A stretch of 41,867 nt of DNA from an uncultured Nitrospiraceae bacterium (GTDB taxonomy: Bacteria; Hydrogenedentota; Hydrogenedentia; Hydrogenedentales; SLHB01). Positions 16,661 to 25,870 of this stretch are shown here, piece after piece. The notes below the pieces were generated by a model. It made no database searches. It saw only the letters and a list, made by a program, of their open reading frames with translations, and was not told the origin of the DNA. A program made the position numbers and the translations under genes. The stretch spans positions 1-41,867 of the forward strand of contig CAYRLQ010000002.1 in the NCBI GenBank assembly GCA_964425145.1, written 5' to 3'. How positions within the stretch are numbered: position 1 is the stretch's first letter; each line of letters starts with the position of its first letter.

Positions 16661-17734
16661 ATGGCCGATCCGATGCCACCTGAGGATGTGCTCGAGGGCC
16701 TGCGGGCTGGGTTGGTGATCCCGGCGCATCCACTCGCGCTGAGTGCCAACCGCAGGCTGGACGAACGCCATCAGCGCGCGCTGACGCGGTACTATTGCGC
16801 GGCGGGCGCGGGCGGCGTCGCCGTGGGCGTCCACACCACCCAGTTCGCCATCCGCGACCCGAGACACGGGCTGTTCAAACCCGTACTCGAGTTGGCCGCC
16901 GAGACCATCGACGAATGCGCGGAGCACCTCGATAGGGCCTTCGTGAGAATAGGCGGTATCTGCGGTGACACGCGCCAGGCCCTCGACGAGGCGGCGTTTT
17001 TGCGCGAGACGGGTTACCACATCGGCCTTCTGAGCCTTGCCGCGCTGAAAAACGCCGACGTCGACGGGCTGATCGAGCATTGCAAGGCCGTGGCCGAGGT
17101 CATTCCCATTATGGGCTTCTATCTCCAACCCAAAGTGGGCGGACGAATCCTCCCCGTCGAGTTCTGGCAGCGGTTTGCGGCCATCGAGAACGTTGTCGCG
17201 ATCAAGATCGCGCCGTTCAACCGGTATCACACCTTCGACGTGCTACGGGGCGTGGCCGAGGCGGGACGCGCCGAGAACATCGCCCTTTACACCGGCAACG
17301 ACGATAACATCGTGATGGACCTGCTCACGCTCTATCGCATCCGGGTGGCCAACACCCGGGTGTGCCTGCGGTTGGTGGGGGGCCTCCTCGGCCACTGGGC
17401 ATGCTGGACGCGCCCGGCGGTGCACCTGCTCGCGGAATGCCACCGGGCGGTCGAATCGCGCGAACCCGTGCCGCAGTACCTGCTTACACAGGCCGCCGAG
17501 GTGACCGACGCGAATGCGGCACTCTTCGACGTGCGCAACAATTTCGCCGGTTGCATCGCGGGCATTCACGAGGTCCTGGCGCGGCAAGGGCTCATGGCGG
17601 GCCGGTGGTGCCTCGACCCGAACGAGGACCTTTCACCGGGCCAGAGGGAGGAGATCGACCGGGTCTATGCGGCCTACCCGCATCTCAACGACGATGGTTT
17701 CGTGGCGCAGCATTTGGATGAATGGCGGAGGTAG
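16661..17734 (+). CDS. Aldolase-type TIM-barrel protein (DapA-like / DUF993-like); function uncertain
   Basis: 357 aa with an alternating beta/alpha pattern. 'GVAVGVHTTQFAIR' and 'VIPIMGFYLQP', plus the context next to a xylose-isomerase-like TIM-barrel gene, are reminiscent of DUF993/DHDPS-like families. Called from memory only. Confidence 0.45.
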   Translation: MADPMPPEDVLEGLRAGLVIPAHPLALSANRRLDERHQRALTRYYCAAGAGGVAVGVHTTQFAIRDPRHGLFKPVLELAAETIDECAEHLDRAFVRIGGICGDTRQALDEAAFLRETGYHIGLLSLAALKNADVDGLIEHCKAVAEVIPIMGFYLQPKVGGRILPVEFWQRFAAIENVVAIKIAPFNRYHTFDVLRGVAEAGRAENIALYTGNDDNIVMDLLTLYRIRVANTRVCLRLVGGLLGHWACWTRPAVHLLAECHRAVESREPVPQYLLTQAAEVTDANAALFDVRNNFAGCIAGIHEVLARQGLMAGRWCLDPNEDLSPGQREEIDRVYAAYPHLNDDGFVAQHLDEWRR

Positions 17735-17739
17735 ATGCT

Positions 17740-18531
17740 ATGCGGTTTGGGATTGTTACCGATGAATTAAGTCAGGAACCGCGCGAGGCTATCGAGATGG
17801 CGCTCGCATGGGGCATCCGGGATTTTGAGGTCCGGGGCGTCCGTGGTGTTCGATTCCCCCGGTTCGAGGACAACACACTCGACGAACTCGCCGCGCTACG
17901 CGAGGAATACGATATTCGGTACACAGCCGTGTCGCCGGGATTCTTCAAGTGTCGGCTCGACGACGCGGACCACATCGCCTATGCCCTTGGCGAGGGTCTG
18001 GAAATCACTATGGACTTCATGGAAGGCTGTAATGTTCCTACGCTCATCTGCTTCGGATTTGAGATGGAGCCGGGTACGGACCACGAGGCCATCGCGCAAT
18101 TGAAGCGGCTTGCAGACCGGCTCGCGGAGCGCAATCTCTGCGGCGCGGTCGAGAATGAAACGCACTGCAAGTTCAACACGCCGGCCCGCGTCGCCGAGCT
18201 GCTCCGCCGCGCGGGCCGTCCCAACCTCGGCGTCAACTGGGACTTGGGCAACCTCAAGGAATACGCGCCCCAGGGATTTCCCGAGGGTTACGAACGGGTG
18301 AAGCGCTACATCTTCAACGTACACGCCAAAGACGTGGCGCTCTTAGACGATGGGACCGCCGAGTGGAAACCCATTGGCGAGGGCGTGTGTGATTGGGCCG
18401 GGCAGATGCAGGCCCTCGCGCGCGACGGCGTCGTCGAGCACGTCACTATCGAGAACCACTGTGGCCCGCCCGCGGAGGTTGGCCTGCACAACCTCAAGGC
18501 GTTACAAGGGTATCTCGAGTCCAGCGAGTAA
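17740..18531 (+). CDS. Sugar phosphate isomerase/epimerase (xylose isomerase-like TIM barrel)
   Basis: 'MRFGIVTDEL', 'GAVENETH', 'LGVNWDLGN', 'HAKD', 'IENH' metal-ligand pattern. GGAGG at 17727-17731 lies 8 nt upstream of ATG 17740. Confidence 0.8.
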   Translation: MRFGIVTDELSQEPREAIEMALAWGIRDFEVRGVRGVRFPRFEDNTLDELAALREEYDIRYTAVSPGFFKCRLDDADHIAYALGEGLEITMDFMEGCNVPTLICFGFEMEPGTDHEAIAQLKRLADRLAERNLCGAVENETHCKFNTPARVAELLRRAGRPNLGVNWDLGNLKEYAPQGFPEGYERVKRYIFNVHAKDVALLDDGTAEWKPIGEGVCDWAGQMQALARDGVVEHVTIENHCGPPAEVGLHNLKALQGYLESSE

Positions 18532-18701
18532 GGGCACGGCCGGAGAGTTACAACGCTCTTTCCCCATCTCGCCGTATTAAGCGCCCATCTGAATAACCCG
18601 GCGCACCTGTACGTAATAATGGCGCAGACCCGAGAGGCTACTCGGCATAACTGGCCTACCGCGACTGTTCTACGTCGTCGTGGCGGTCTGTCATCTGTGT
18701 C

Positions 18702-19574
18702 TTAGCGAATGCGGACGGCGCCGCTGAGGGTTTCCACGGAGACGCGGGCGTCGCCGTCGCCCTTGCTGAAGCGTAGTTCGGTGCCGGGGCCATATTTGTG
18801 CACGCGGCTCGGGGGCGGACCGAAATCGCACTGGATGTTGCCGGAGAAAGAAGAGATGTCAAAGTGGCCGGCTACATCCTCGGTGAAATGCAGATTCACG
18901 GAGCCGCTGACGCTGGTTGCGTCCAGTTTGCCCTGCTTGCGCAGGGCGCCCTCAAAATCGATGGCCCCCGATACGGATTCCATGGCGCATCTATTCAAGA
19001 CGCCGCAGACCAGTTCCAGCCTGCCGCTCACGGTTTCGCTCTCGACGGACTCGCTGACGCCCTGAATCTTCACCCGGCCGCTCACGGACGCCGCCCTCAC
19101 CGATGTGGGAGTCCCCGAGATATCGATGGCGCCGCTGACCGATTCCGCCTCGACTTCGCCTCGGCATTCGGCCGCACGAATCTCTCCGCTGACCGCGTTC
19201 AGTTCGAGTTCGCCGCCCTGCACGCCGGAAATGCCGATCGACGCGCTTACCGTTTTGACGTTGAGACTGCTTCTCAACGGGACATGGATCGTGAGGTGCG
19301 ACTCGATGTGCCGGCTCTTTCTTCTGGGTACAACCACTTCGATGTCCGTTCGGCCGCCGCGCACCTCGAACTCCAGACGCTTCACGCCCTTGCCCAGGGT
19401 CCCCTCGACCTTGACCTCATGCCGGTCCCAGCCGGCCACCTTTACCGAGCCCGCCACATTGGAAATGGCCACTCTGCCGTCGCCCGTCGCCTTCTTCGTC
19501 ACGTTCACGTCCGTGTCCGCGAAGGCGCACAGCGCCGCCAACAGCGCGGTTGCCAGTATCATTATCCGTTTCAT
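18702..19574 (-). CDS. DUF4097-like beta-strand repeat protein (putative adhesin) with signal peptide
   Basis: Signal peptide 'MKRIMILATALLAALCAFA'. Repeated 'SVSGxI / SGSVxV' beta-strand units. Sits last in the ECF sigma/anti-sigma operon, a typical DUF4097 context. Confidence 0.65.
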   Translation of the reverse strand: MKRIMILATALLAALCAFADTDVNVTKKATGDGRVAISNVAGSVKVAGWDRHEVKVEGTLGKGVKRLEFEVRGGRTDIEVVVPRRKSRHIESHLTIHVPLRSSLNVKTVSASIGISGVQGGELELNAVSGEIRAAECRGEVEAESVSGAIDISGTPTSVRAASVSGRVKIQGVSESVESETVSGRLELVCGVLNRCAMESVSGAIDFEGALRKQGKLDATSVSGSVNLHFTEDVAGHFDISSFSGNIQCDFGPPPSRVHKYGPGTELRFSKGDGDARVSVETLSGAVRIR

Positions 19575-19616
19575 CGTGTTCCTCCTGTGGTCTCCGGCCG
19601 GCCGTACACGTGCCGG

Positions 19617-20246
19617 TCAACTCTCGTTGGCCAGGTGCACGGCCTGATGCAGAAGCCTGACCTCATTTCTGTACGTTGCGAGCAATATGCGTTCCAGGTG
19701 CGGATTGTCCGGATCATCGGCCAAGGCCAGGCGTATATCGCGCACGGCGCCCTCGATGACCGCCAAATTCGCCTCCACCGTCGCGACAGTCTCCGGCGAA
19801 AGCGATGCTTCCTGTGCCTTCAAGGCGTTCAATAGTTCCTCTTTGGCCCCGAGGTATTCTTGTTCTGTGTGTGTGAAGTTGTTCTCCGCGTAGTCGGCGG
19901 GCGCCCCGTCCTCCAGCAGCCAGACCACCACCGCGCCCACGACCAGCACGATCGCCGCCGCGGCCGCCACGGCGTAGTGAAGCATGGCCGGACGGCGCTG
20001 CCGCACCGCGGCAATGTCGACGAGGTTCCCCTCGACACGGGCCTTGATCCCCGGCCACAGGTCGCGATCGGGCATAATGGTCGCCGGCAGACCGCGCGCC
20101 TGGCCGACCAAGGCGCGTAGGGCGCGCTCCTCCTCGCGGCACTCCGCACACGCCCGGAGGTGCTCCCCGAGGGCCTTTTCCCGGCGCTTCTCGAGAAGGC
20201 CATCGATGTAATCGTTGAGATATGTCCTTGCTTCGTCGCAGTTCAT
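19617..20246 (-). CDS. Anti-sigma factor, zf-HC2 type, single-pass membrane protein
   Basis: 'HLRACAECREE' (H-x3-C-x2-C) near the N-terminus. TM 'AAAAAIVLVVGAVVVWLL'. The start codon abuts the sigma gene stop (TGAATG). Confidence 0.8.
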   Translation of the reverse strand: MNCDEARTYLNDYIDGLLEKRREKALGEHLRACAECREEERALRALVGQARGLPATIMPDRDLWPGIKARVEGNLVDIAAVRQRRPAMLHYAVAAAAAIVLVVGAVVVWLLEDGAPADYAENNFTHTEQEYLGAKEELLNALKAQEASLSPETVATVEANLAVIEGAVRDIRLALADDPDNPHLERILLATYRNEVRLLHQAVHLANES

Positions 20247-20825
20247 TCAGGCCAACACCTTTCTCAACAGTTTGCGCGCCCGGTGCAACTGTGCTTTGCT
20301 CGTCCCGGCCGCAAGCCCCGTCATAGCGGCAATGTCCTCGTGGCAATAACCTTCCACGTCATGGAGGACGAAGACCCTGCGGGCGCCTTCAGGCAAGGCC
20401 GCTATGGCCTGCTCCAGGTCCATTCGGTCCCCGGGTTGCCCGGTGCGGGTTTGCCGCTCGTAAGCCGTCAAATCATCGGTGCCCACCACGCGCGCCCGGC
20501 GCCGCGCCCGCGAGCGTAGGCCCGTCAACACCACATTGACGGTCAGCCGATGAAGCCACGATGGAAAGGCGCTTTCACCGCGAAACGCCCCCAGCTTTCC
20601 CCATACCCGCACGAAGGCTTCCTGCGTCAGGTCTTCCGCCTCGGATGGGTTGCCGGTCATCCTCAAACAGAGGGCGTAAACCCGGCCGACATGGGTGCGG
20701 TAGAGCCCTTCAAAGGCGTCCATGTCCCCGGCCTGGGCCCGGGCGACGAGATCGTTTTCAGCCATCACAGGGTGGTCAACCTCAGCCCTGTCCGTGCATC
20801 CGCTACAGAGTCCTGACGCGTCCAT
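20247..20825 (-). CDS. ECF (group IV) RNA polymerase sigma-70 family factor
   Basis: Region 2 'AFEGLYRTHVGRVYALCLRMTGNPSEAEDLTQEAFVRVW' and region 4 'VFVLHDVEGYCHEDIAAMTGLAAGTSKAQLHRARKLLR'. AGGAG lies 4 nt upstream of ATG 20825. ATG 20765 is an alternative start. Confidence 0.9.
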   Translation of the reverse strand: MDASGLCSGCTDRAEVDHPVMAENDLVARAQAGDMDAFEGLYRTHVGRVYALCLRMTGNPSEAEDLTQEAFVRVWGKLGAFRGESAFPSWLHRLTVNVVLTGLRSRARRRARVVGTDDLTAYERQTRTGQPGDRMDLEQAIAALPEGARRVFVLHDVEGYCHEDIAAMTGLAAGTSKAQLHRARKLLRKVLA

Positions 20826-20880
20826 GTTGCTCCTATATACGTTAAGACGCCGGCGGGGTCAAAATGGTTTAACCCAGGCT

Positions 20881-20905
20881 GACGCGCCGTAACTCGTCTA
20901 GGTTC
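20881..20905 (-). promoter_or_regulatory. Candidate ECF-type autoregulated promoter (GAAC-N17-CGTC)
   Basis: The minus strand reads GGAGAAC-ctagacgagttacggcg-CGTCAG, about 55 nt upstream of the sigma start. It resembles the generic ECF GGAAC...CGT pattern. Confidence 0.3.
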
Positions 20906-21103
20906 TCCAAGGCACACTGGACGGCAATTTGTGGCGCCCTCAAGCGCTGGCCTGAGGGTGTCTTAACCGCCCTTATTGTGTTGAGCAGTACTTAGGTTGA
21001 AATGAGGACCGAAAACAGGTAATTTCGTAGTCCAGTCATTTCGAGTTCAATAAGACTCACCAGGGACGAGCAGGGTGGAACGCCTTGGCTCAGGAGCGAA
21101 AGG

Positions 21104-22552
21104 ATGAACAGGGTGCAGGACACGGAACAGCTATACACCGAACGGCTCGAGCGCTACGTCACCGCGATGCGGAATGAGAAACCGGATCGGATTCCGGTTC
21201 GTCCGTTTGTCGCCGAATTCGCGGCGAAGTACGCCGGGTATACCTGCCAGGAGGTGACGCACGATTATGAGAAGGCCTTTGCCGCCGTTCGCACCTGCGC
21301 GGCCGATTTCGACTGGGACGCTGTAGTGGGCAATATGGTCTATGTGTGGACCGGGCTGACACAGGCCATCGGGCTGAAGTACTATGGCGTTCCCGGGATT
21401 GACGTGCCGCCCGACACCGGTTTTCAGTACCTCGAACCGTCCGAAGAACAGGCGCACATGAAACCGGACGAATACGATCAGCTCATCGAGGACCCGACCG
21501 GGTTTTTGTTCAATGTCTGGCTGCCGCGCGTCTCGGTCGATGTCAGCTCGATGGGCGAGCCGACGTCCTATCGCAACAACCTGTCCTTTTTGAAGGGTGG
21601 GATGGCGATGCTGAGCTACTTCAACGCTTTCGGCACACAGAATGAACTGTTGCGGACCGAGTCGGGTACTGTGTCCGCGATCTCGGGCATCCTCAAGGCG
21701 CCGTTCGACATCATCGGCGACAAGCTGCGCGGCTATGTCGGGCTTTCCATGGACCTGTTCGAGCGGCCGGACAAGGTTCTCGCCGCGTGCGAGGCCCTCA
21801 TGCCGCACCTGGTGCACGTAGCCCTTTCCGGCGCGGACCCCGACAAGAACGTCCCCATCACGATTTGGATGCACCGCGGCTGTGTGCCTTTCATATCGCA
21901 CGAACAGTTTGATACGCTCTACTGGCCCACGCTCAAGCCAATCATCGAGGAACTTTGGGCCCACGGGCATCAGGTTCTCTTCTATGCCGAGGGTGATTGG
22001 AACCGCCACTTGAAATCATTCGCCGAATTACCGGACCAGAGCATTGTGTATCACGTCGATCGGGCTGATATCTTCGAGGCCCATAAGGCAATTGGTCATA
22101 AGTTCTGCATCAGCGGCGGCATCCCGAATTTCCTGCTGGCTTACGGCACGCCGGACGAGGTGCGGGCCTATTGCAAGCGGGTGATCGACGGTGTGGCTCA
22201 GGACGGCGGCTACATCATGGACGCCAGCGCCATTGTCCAGAACGACGGCAAGGTGGAGAACATCAAGGCCATGACCGAGTTCACGTGCGAATATGGCGCG
22301 TACGATGGGGCGTCTTACGCGTTAGACGATGCGCGAAAGGATGGAAGCCGTCTCAGAGTGGACACACACGGCGCCGCCGGCATGTCCGAACCACAACAGC
22401 CCGAAATCAGACCCGGGGTCTGCATCCCCTGGGAGCAGAAGCTCAAGGACCTGCCCGAGATTTCAGGAGACAAACAACTCATCCAAAAGGTCTGGGAAGA
22501 TATCGACGCGCTGGCCTATGTGTACATCTGGCATTGTCTGCTCTCCTTCTGA
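21104..22552 (+). CDS. Uroporphyrinogen decarboxylase (URO-D) family protein (MtaA/CmuA-like fold), unknown substrate
   Basis: 'EKPDRIPVRPFVAEFAAKYAGYTCQEV', 'YAEGDW', 'ISGGIPN' resemble URO-D-like family proteins. At 482 aa it is longer than classical HemE. AGGAG-N7-ATG. Confidence 0.7.
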   Translation: MNRVQDTEQLYTERLERYVTAMRNEKPDRIPVRPFVAEFAAKYAGYTCQEVTHDYEKAFAAVRTCAADFDWDAVVGNMVYVWTGLTQAIGLKYYGVPGIDVPPDTGFQYLEPSEEQAHMKPDEYDQLIEDPTGFLFNVWLPRVSVDVSSMGEPTSYRNNLSFLKGGMAMLSYFNAFGTQNELLRTESGTVSAISGILKAPFDIIGDKLRGYVGLSMDLFERPDKVLAACEALMPHLVHVALSGADPDKNVPITIWMHRGCVPFISHEQFDTLYWPTLKPIIEELWAHGHQVLFYAEGDWNRHLKSFAELPDQSIVYHVDRADIFEAHKAIGHKFCISGGIPNFLLAYGTPDEVRAYCKRVIDGVAQDGGYIMDASAIVQNDGKVENIKAMTEFTCEYGAYDGASYALDDARKDGSRLRVDTHGAAGMSEPQQPEIRPGVCIPWEQKLKDLPEISGDKQLIQKVWEDIDALAYVYIWHCLLSF

Positions 22553-22658
22553 GACGAAAAATGCCCAGAGCCAACGGCCCTTGGCGGAATTTGGCGCAAT
22601 CTTTAGTGGGGACAACAGGGGCTTGATTGTTTTACCTCCGTTTCATCCTTCGGGTGAC

Positions 22659-22687
22659 TTGACATCTGGCGAGCGACATGGTTCAAT
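22659..22687 (+). promoter_or_regulatory. Sigma-70-type promoter of lexA (TTGACA-N17-TTCAAT)
   Basis: TTGACA at 22659-22664, a 17-nt spacer, then TTCAAT at 22682-22687. This places the TSS near 22694, downstream of the first in-frame ATG (22688), so ATG 22727 is preferred. Confidence 0.45.
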
Positions 22688-22689
22688 AT

Positions 22690-22709
22690 GGCTGAAAATG
22701 AATTCAGCC
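22690..22709. promoter_or_regulatory. Candidate LexA operator: inverted repeat GGCTGAA-N6-TTCAGCC (core CTGA-N8-TCAG)
   Basis: A palindrome with perfect 7-bp arms immediately after the -10 element and over the predicted TSS of lexA. It has the same CTG-N10-CAG geometry as the E. coli SOS box. Confidence 0.4.
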
Positions 22710-22726
22710 CTCGGAAGGCTCGTCTC

Positions 22727-23344
22727 ATGGCCAAAGAACTGACACCTCGCCAAGCCGTCATCCTGGAATTCATCATCGAATCCATACGCGACCACGGCTA
22801 TCCCCCGACCATCGCCGAGATCGGTGCTAAATTCGGCATCAGTTCCACCAACGCCGTGCACGACCATCTTGTCGCTCTCGATAAGAAGGGCTACATCACA
22901 CGTTCGTCCAAGGCGCGCGGCATCCACGTCACGGAGAAAGCGGCCGCGGGACTGTACCAACACCAGGTCGGTCTGCTGCCGCTGGTGGGCCGTGTGGCTG
23001 CGGGCCGGCCCATCCTGGCCGAGGAGAACATCGAGGCTCATGTGGCCGTGTCAGCGTCCTTGCGCAAGCCCGACGCATACTGTTTGCGCGTGCATGGCGA
23101 TAGCATGATCGAGGACGGCATTCTCGACGGCGACGTCATTATTGTCGACCAGCACAGGGAACCTGCGCCGGGTGATGTCGTGGTGGCGCTCGTCGACAAC
23201 GAGGTGACTGTGAAATACTACCACCCCCTCGGGTCCCAGGTCGAACTCCGCCCCGCCAACGCGGCCATGCAGCCTATGATTGTCCCCGCGCGGTCCGTTC
23301 AGCTACAGGGGGTCGTCGTCGCCCTTCAACGTACCATCGCCTGA
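22727..23344 (+). CDS. lexA: LexA repressor (S24 peptidase)
   Basis: wHTH 'LTPRQAVILEFIIESIRDHGYPPTIAEIGAKFGISSTNAVHDHLVALDKKGYI'. Cleavage region 'VAAG'. Catalytic 'HGDSMIEDGI' (Ser) and 'EVTVKYY' (Lys). Confidence 0.9.
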   Translation: MAKELTPRQAVILEFIIESIRDHGYPPTIAEIGAKFGISSTNAVHDHLVALDKKGYITRSSKARGIHVTEKAAAGLYQHQVGLLPLVGRVAAGRPILAEENIEAHVAVSASLRKPDAYCLRVHGDSMIEDGILDGDVIIVDQHREPAPGDVVVALVDNEVTVKYYHPLGSQVELRPANAAMQPMIVPARSVQLQGVVVALQRTIA

Positions 23345-23421
23345 GGGGCGGATAAGGGTTCGGGGACCTGCCTTGCGCCCTGAAGCCGACCCCTGAACCA
23401 CTGCCATAGGCGATGTCGCAA

Positions 23422-25599
23422 TCAAAGGTTCTCAAGGAGCAGGTAGTCTGGCACTTCCTTGACGCCGCCTACGTCGAAAACGGGCAGTTCGGTCGGCGGC
23501 TTCGTTCCCGTGATAAAGGCCTCGACAAACGTCCCGCCCGCCAGGCCCGTTTCCCGGTCCACTTTATAAAACGTGATCCCCTCGTCGGGCCTGTCAAAAT
23601 CCCGGGGCGGTAGCCGAAGTAGATCGTGGACCTTCACCATGAAGTCGGTCCAAACCGGGCAGGCCAGGCGTCCGCCTGCGAATGCCTTGCCCTGTCCCAA
23701 CGGGCGATTGTCTTTATAGCCCATCCACACCGTGCAGGTGAAGTGGGGCGTAAATCCGCTGAACCAGGCATTCCGGTACTCGTTGGTCGTGCCGGTCTTG
23801 CCGGCGCGGGGCCGATCGAGCGCCTTCGACTGGTGGCCCGAGCCCCATTCGGCCACTCCCTGCATGAGATAGGTGACGACATAGGCAACGTTCTCGGGCA
23901 TGGCGCGCTCTGTGCGAACGAAGTCCCGGTAGTCGTACAGCGTGAAGCCGTCGCGGTCGCGGATTTCACGCACCATGATCGGGTCGTAGCGCATGCCCCC
24001 GTTCGCGAAGGTCGAATAGGCCACGCACTGGTCGATGACCAACACCTCCGGGGTGCCCAGCGCCAGCGTCAGCTTCACGTCGTCATCGATGGGCGTTGTA
24101 ATGCCGGCCCGCCGCAGATATGAGCGCACCACAGGCATTGTGAGCGCCATGACCAGCTTGATCGACACGACGTTGATGGATTTCTCCAACGCCCGGCGCA
24201 GGGTAATGGGCCCTTGAAAGTCGTTGGTGAAGTTTCTCGGCTTCCACACGTCGTCCGGTCGTGGTCCATACTTTATCTCCAACGGCTCGTCCACAATGAT
24301 GCTCGAGGGGGTAAACCCATTGTGGATTGCCGCGGCCCAGACAAATGGCTTCACGCTCGAGCCGGGCTGACGCCGGGCTTGAGTAGCCAGGTTGAACTTT
24401 TCCGTATCAAAATCGCGCCCGCCCACCATGGCCCGGACCCAGCCCCTGTATTCGGGACGGTTGTCAATGCACACCAGCGCGCCCGAGACCGGGATGAATT
24501 CCTCCTCCTTGCCCTGTTTTTTCAGGGGCTCGAGATTTTCGGCGTCGAACTTCTCAAGCGCGGCCAGCAGTGTCTCCTCGGCCGCGCGCTGGATGCGCAT
24601 GTCCAGCGTGGTATGAATCTCGAGCCCGTCTCCGAACACCTCCTCTTTGTTCGTTTGCCGCAGTAGAAACAGCCGTACATCGCGGACGAAATACGGCGCC
24701 TTAAACTTGTTCGGCGCCCAACGGCCCTTGCCATCTGCTATCAGTTGCGCGCGCTCCTCGCGCGTGATGACGGATTCATCCGTCGATTCACGCAGGGCCG
24801 CCTCGTATTCCTCGTGCGTGATAAGCTCGTTGTCGAGCATTTGCCCCAAGACGAGGTTGCGGCGCTTGAGCGCATTTCCCGGATTGTGAATCGGCTCCTG
24901 CCGGTTCGGGTTGCGGGCCAGCCCGGCCAGCAGCGCGCTTTCCCCCAGGCTCAAGTCTCGGCAGCTTTTGCCATAATACTGCAGCGACGCCGCCTCGACC
25001 CCATAGGCGCTGATACCCAGGAATATCTGGTTCAGATACAGCTCGAGAATCTCGTCCTTGGTGAACTTCCGCTCGAGCTGCAGTGCGATGATCGCCTCCT
25101 TGATCTTGCGCCGAAGGGACACTTCCAGGCCGACTTTCGTCGTCTCGATGTTCCGCACGATCTGCTGCGTGATCGTGCTGCCGCCACGCACCCGGCCCGT
25201 TCGGAAGATGTACAGTGCAGCATTGGCGATGGCATCCAGGCGCACGCCTTTGTGTTTGTAGAACCGGTCGTCTTCGGTGGCGACGAAGGCCTTCTGGAGA
25301 TGGAGCGGCATCTCGCCGAGGCTGACCACCTGGCGTTGCTCAGTGGTGAATTCGCCGAGCAGTTCTTCGTCGGCCGAGTAGACCTTGCTGCCGATCTTCG
25401 GGCGGAAATCCTCAACCAAGGCAATCGTGGACTCGGCCTCGTCCAACACCCACACGAACACGCCCAGGCAGGCTCCCCAGATGGCCGCCAGTACGATCAG
25501 GATGCAGAAAAACAGCCCCGCACATCCACGCCGCGGGCGCGGTGCGGGCGTTCGTTCCGTGCCGTTGCCAGCCGTGGGCGTCTGTGGGTTAACAGCCAT
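23422..25599 (-). CDS. Class A penicillin-binding protein (PBP1A-type bifunctional transglycosylase/transpeptidase)
   Basis: GT51 motifs 'ATEDDRFYKHKGV', 'GGSTITQQ', 'RKIKE'. Transpeptidase motifs 'SSVKP', 'KTGTT'. N-terminal TM anchor. Confidence 0.9.
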   Translation of the reverse strand: MAVNPQTPTAGNGTERTPAPRPRRGCAGLFFCILIVLAAIWGACLGVFVWVLDEAESTIALVEDFRPKIGSKVYSADEELLGEFTTEQRQVVSLGEMPLHLQKAFVATEDDRFYKHKGVRLDAIANAALYIFRTGRVRGGSTITQQIVRNIETTKVGLEVSLRRKIKEAIIALQLERKFTKDEILELYLNQIFLGISAYGVEAASLQYYGKSCRDLSLGESALLAGLARNPNRQEPIHNPGNALKRRNLVLGQMLDNELITHEEYEAALRESTDESVITREERAQLIADGKGRWAPNKFKAPYFVRDVRLFLLRQTNKEEVFGDGLEIHTTLDMRIQRAAEETLLAALEKFDAENLEPLKKQGKEEEFIPVSGALVCIDNRPEYRGWVRAMVGGRDFDTEKFNLATQARRQPGSSVKPFVWAAAIHNGFTPSSIIVDEPLEIKYGPRPDDVWKPRNFTNDFQGPITLRRALEKSINVVSIKLVMALTMPVVRSYLRRAGITTPIDDDVKLTLALGTPEVLVIDQCVAYSTFANGGMRYDPIMVREIRDRDGFTLYDYRDFVRTERAMPENVAYVVTYLMQGVAEWGSGHQSKALDRPRAGKTGTTNEYRNAWFSGFTPHFTCTVWMGYKDNRPLGQGKAFAGGRLACPVWTDFMVKVHDLLRLPPRDFDRPDEGITFYKVDRETGLAGGTFVEAFITGTKPPTELPVFDVGGVKEVPDYLLLENL

Positions 25600-25833
25600 C
25601 GTCCAAGCTTAGCACGACCCTGTTTCGTGCCGCAAAGATACATCCCCAATGGCGGGCTGAAGTTGCCCAGGTCACACGGACCATCACATCGGTGTTTTGG
25701 TGCGTAGCTGCTCCAGTCCTTTTTCATGCTGGTGATCGAGAAGCCGAGCACCAGCACGGGAAAACGTATTCCATGCCACAAGATTTGCGCAAAACGTGCC
25801 TTATCCCATGACAAAGATTCTAAATCTGACCGC

Positions 25834-25862
25834 TTCCTAATCCATAGCACATTGTTTATAAT
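25834..25862 (+). promoter_or_regulatory. Candidate promoter with perfect -10 TATAAT (25857-25862) only 8 nt before the K+ channel ATG; possibly leaderless mRNA
   Basis: TATAAT read directly. The -35 is weak (TTCCTA at 25834-25839, 17-nt spacer). No SD lies between the -10 and ATG 25871. Confidence 0.3.
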
Positions 25863-25870
25863 CCCGGTTC

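Noticed and set aside
20766-20825. Shorter ECF sigma start at ATG 20765
   Set aside because: ATG 20825 has a clear AGGAG 4 nt upstream, whereas 20765 has only a distant GAGG. The longer form is retained, but the 20-aa N-terminal extension has no sigma-factor-like sequence, so the start remains uncertain.
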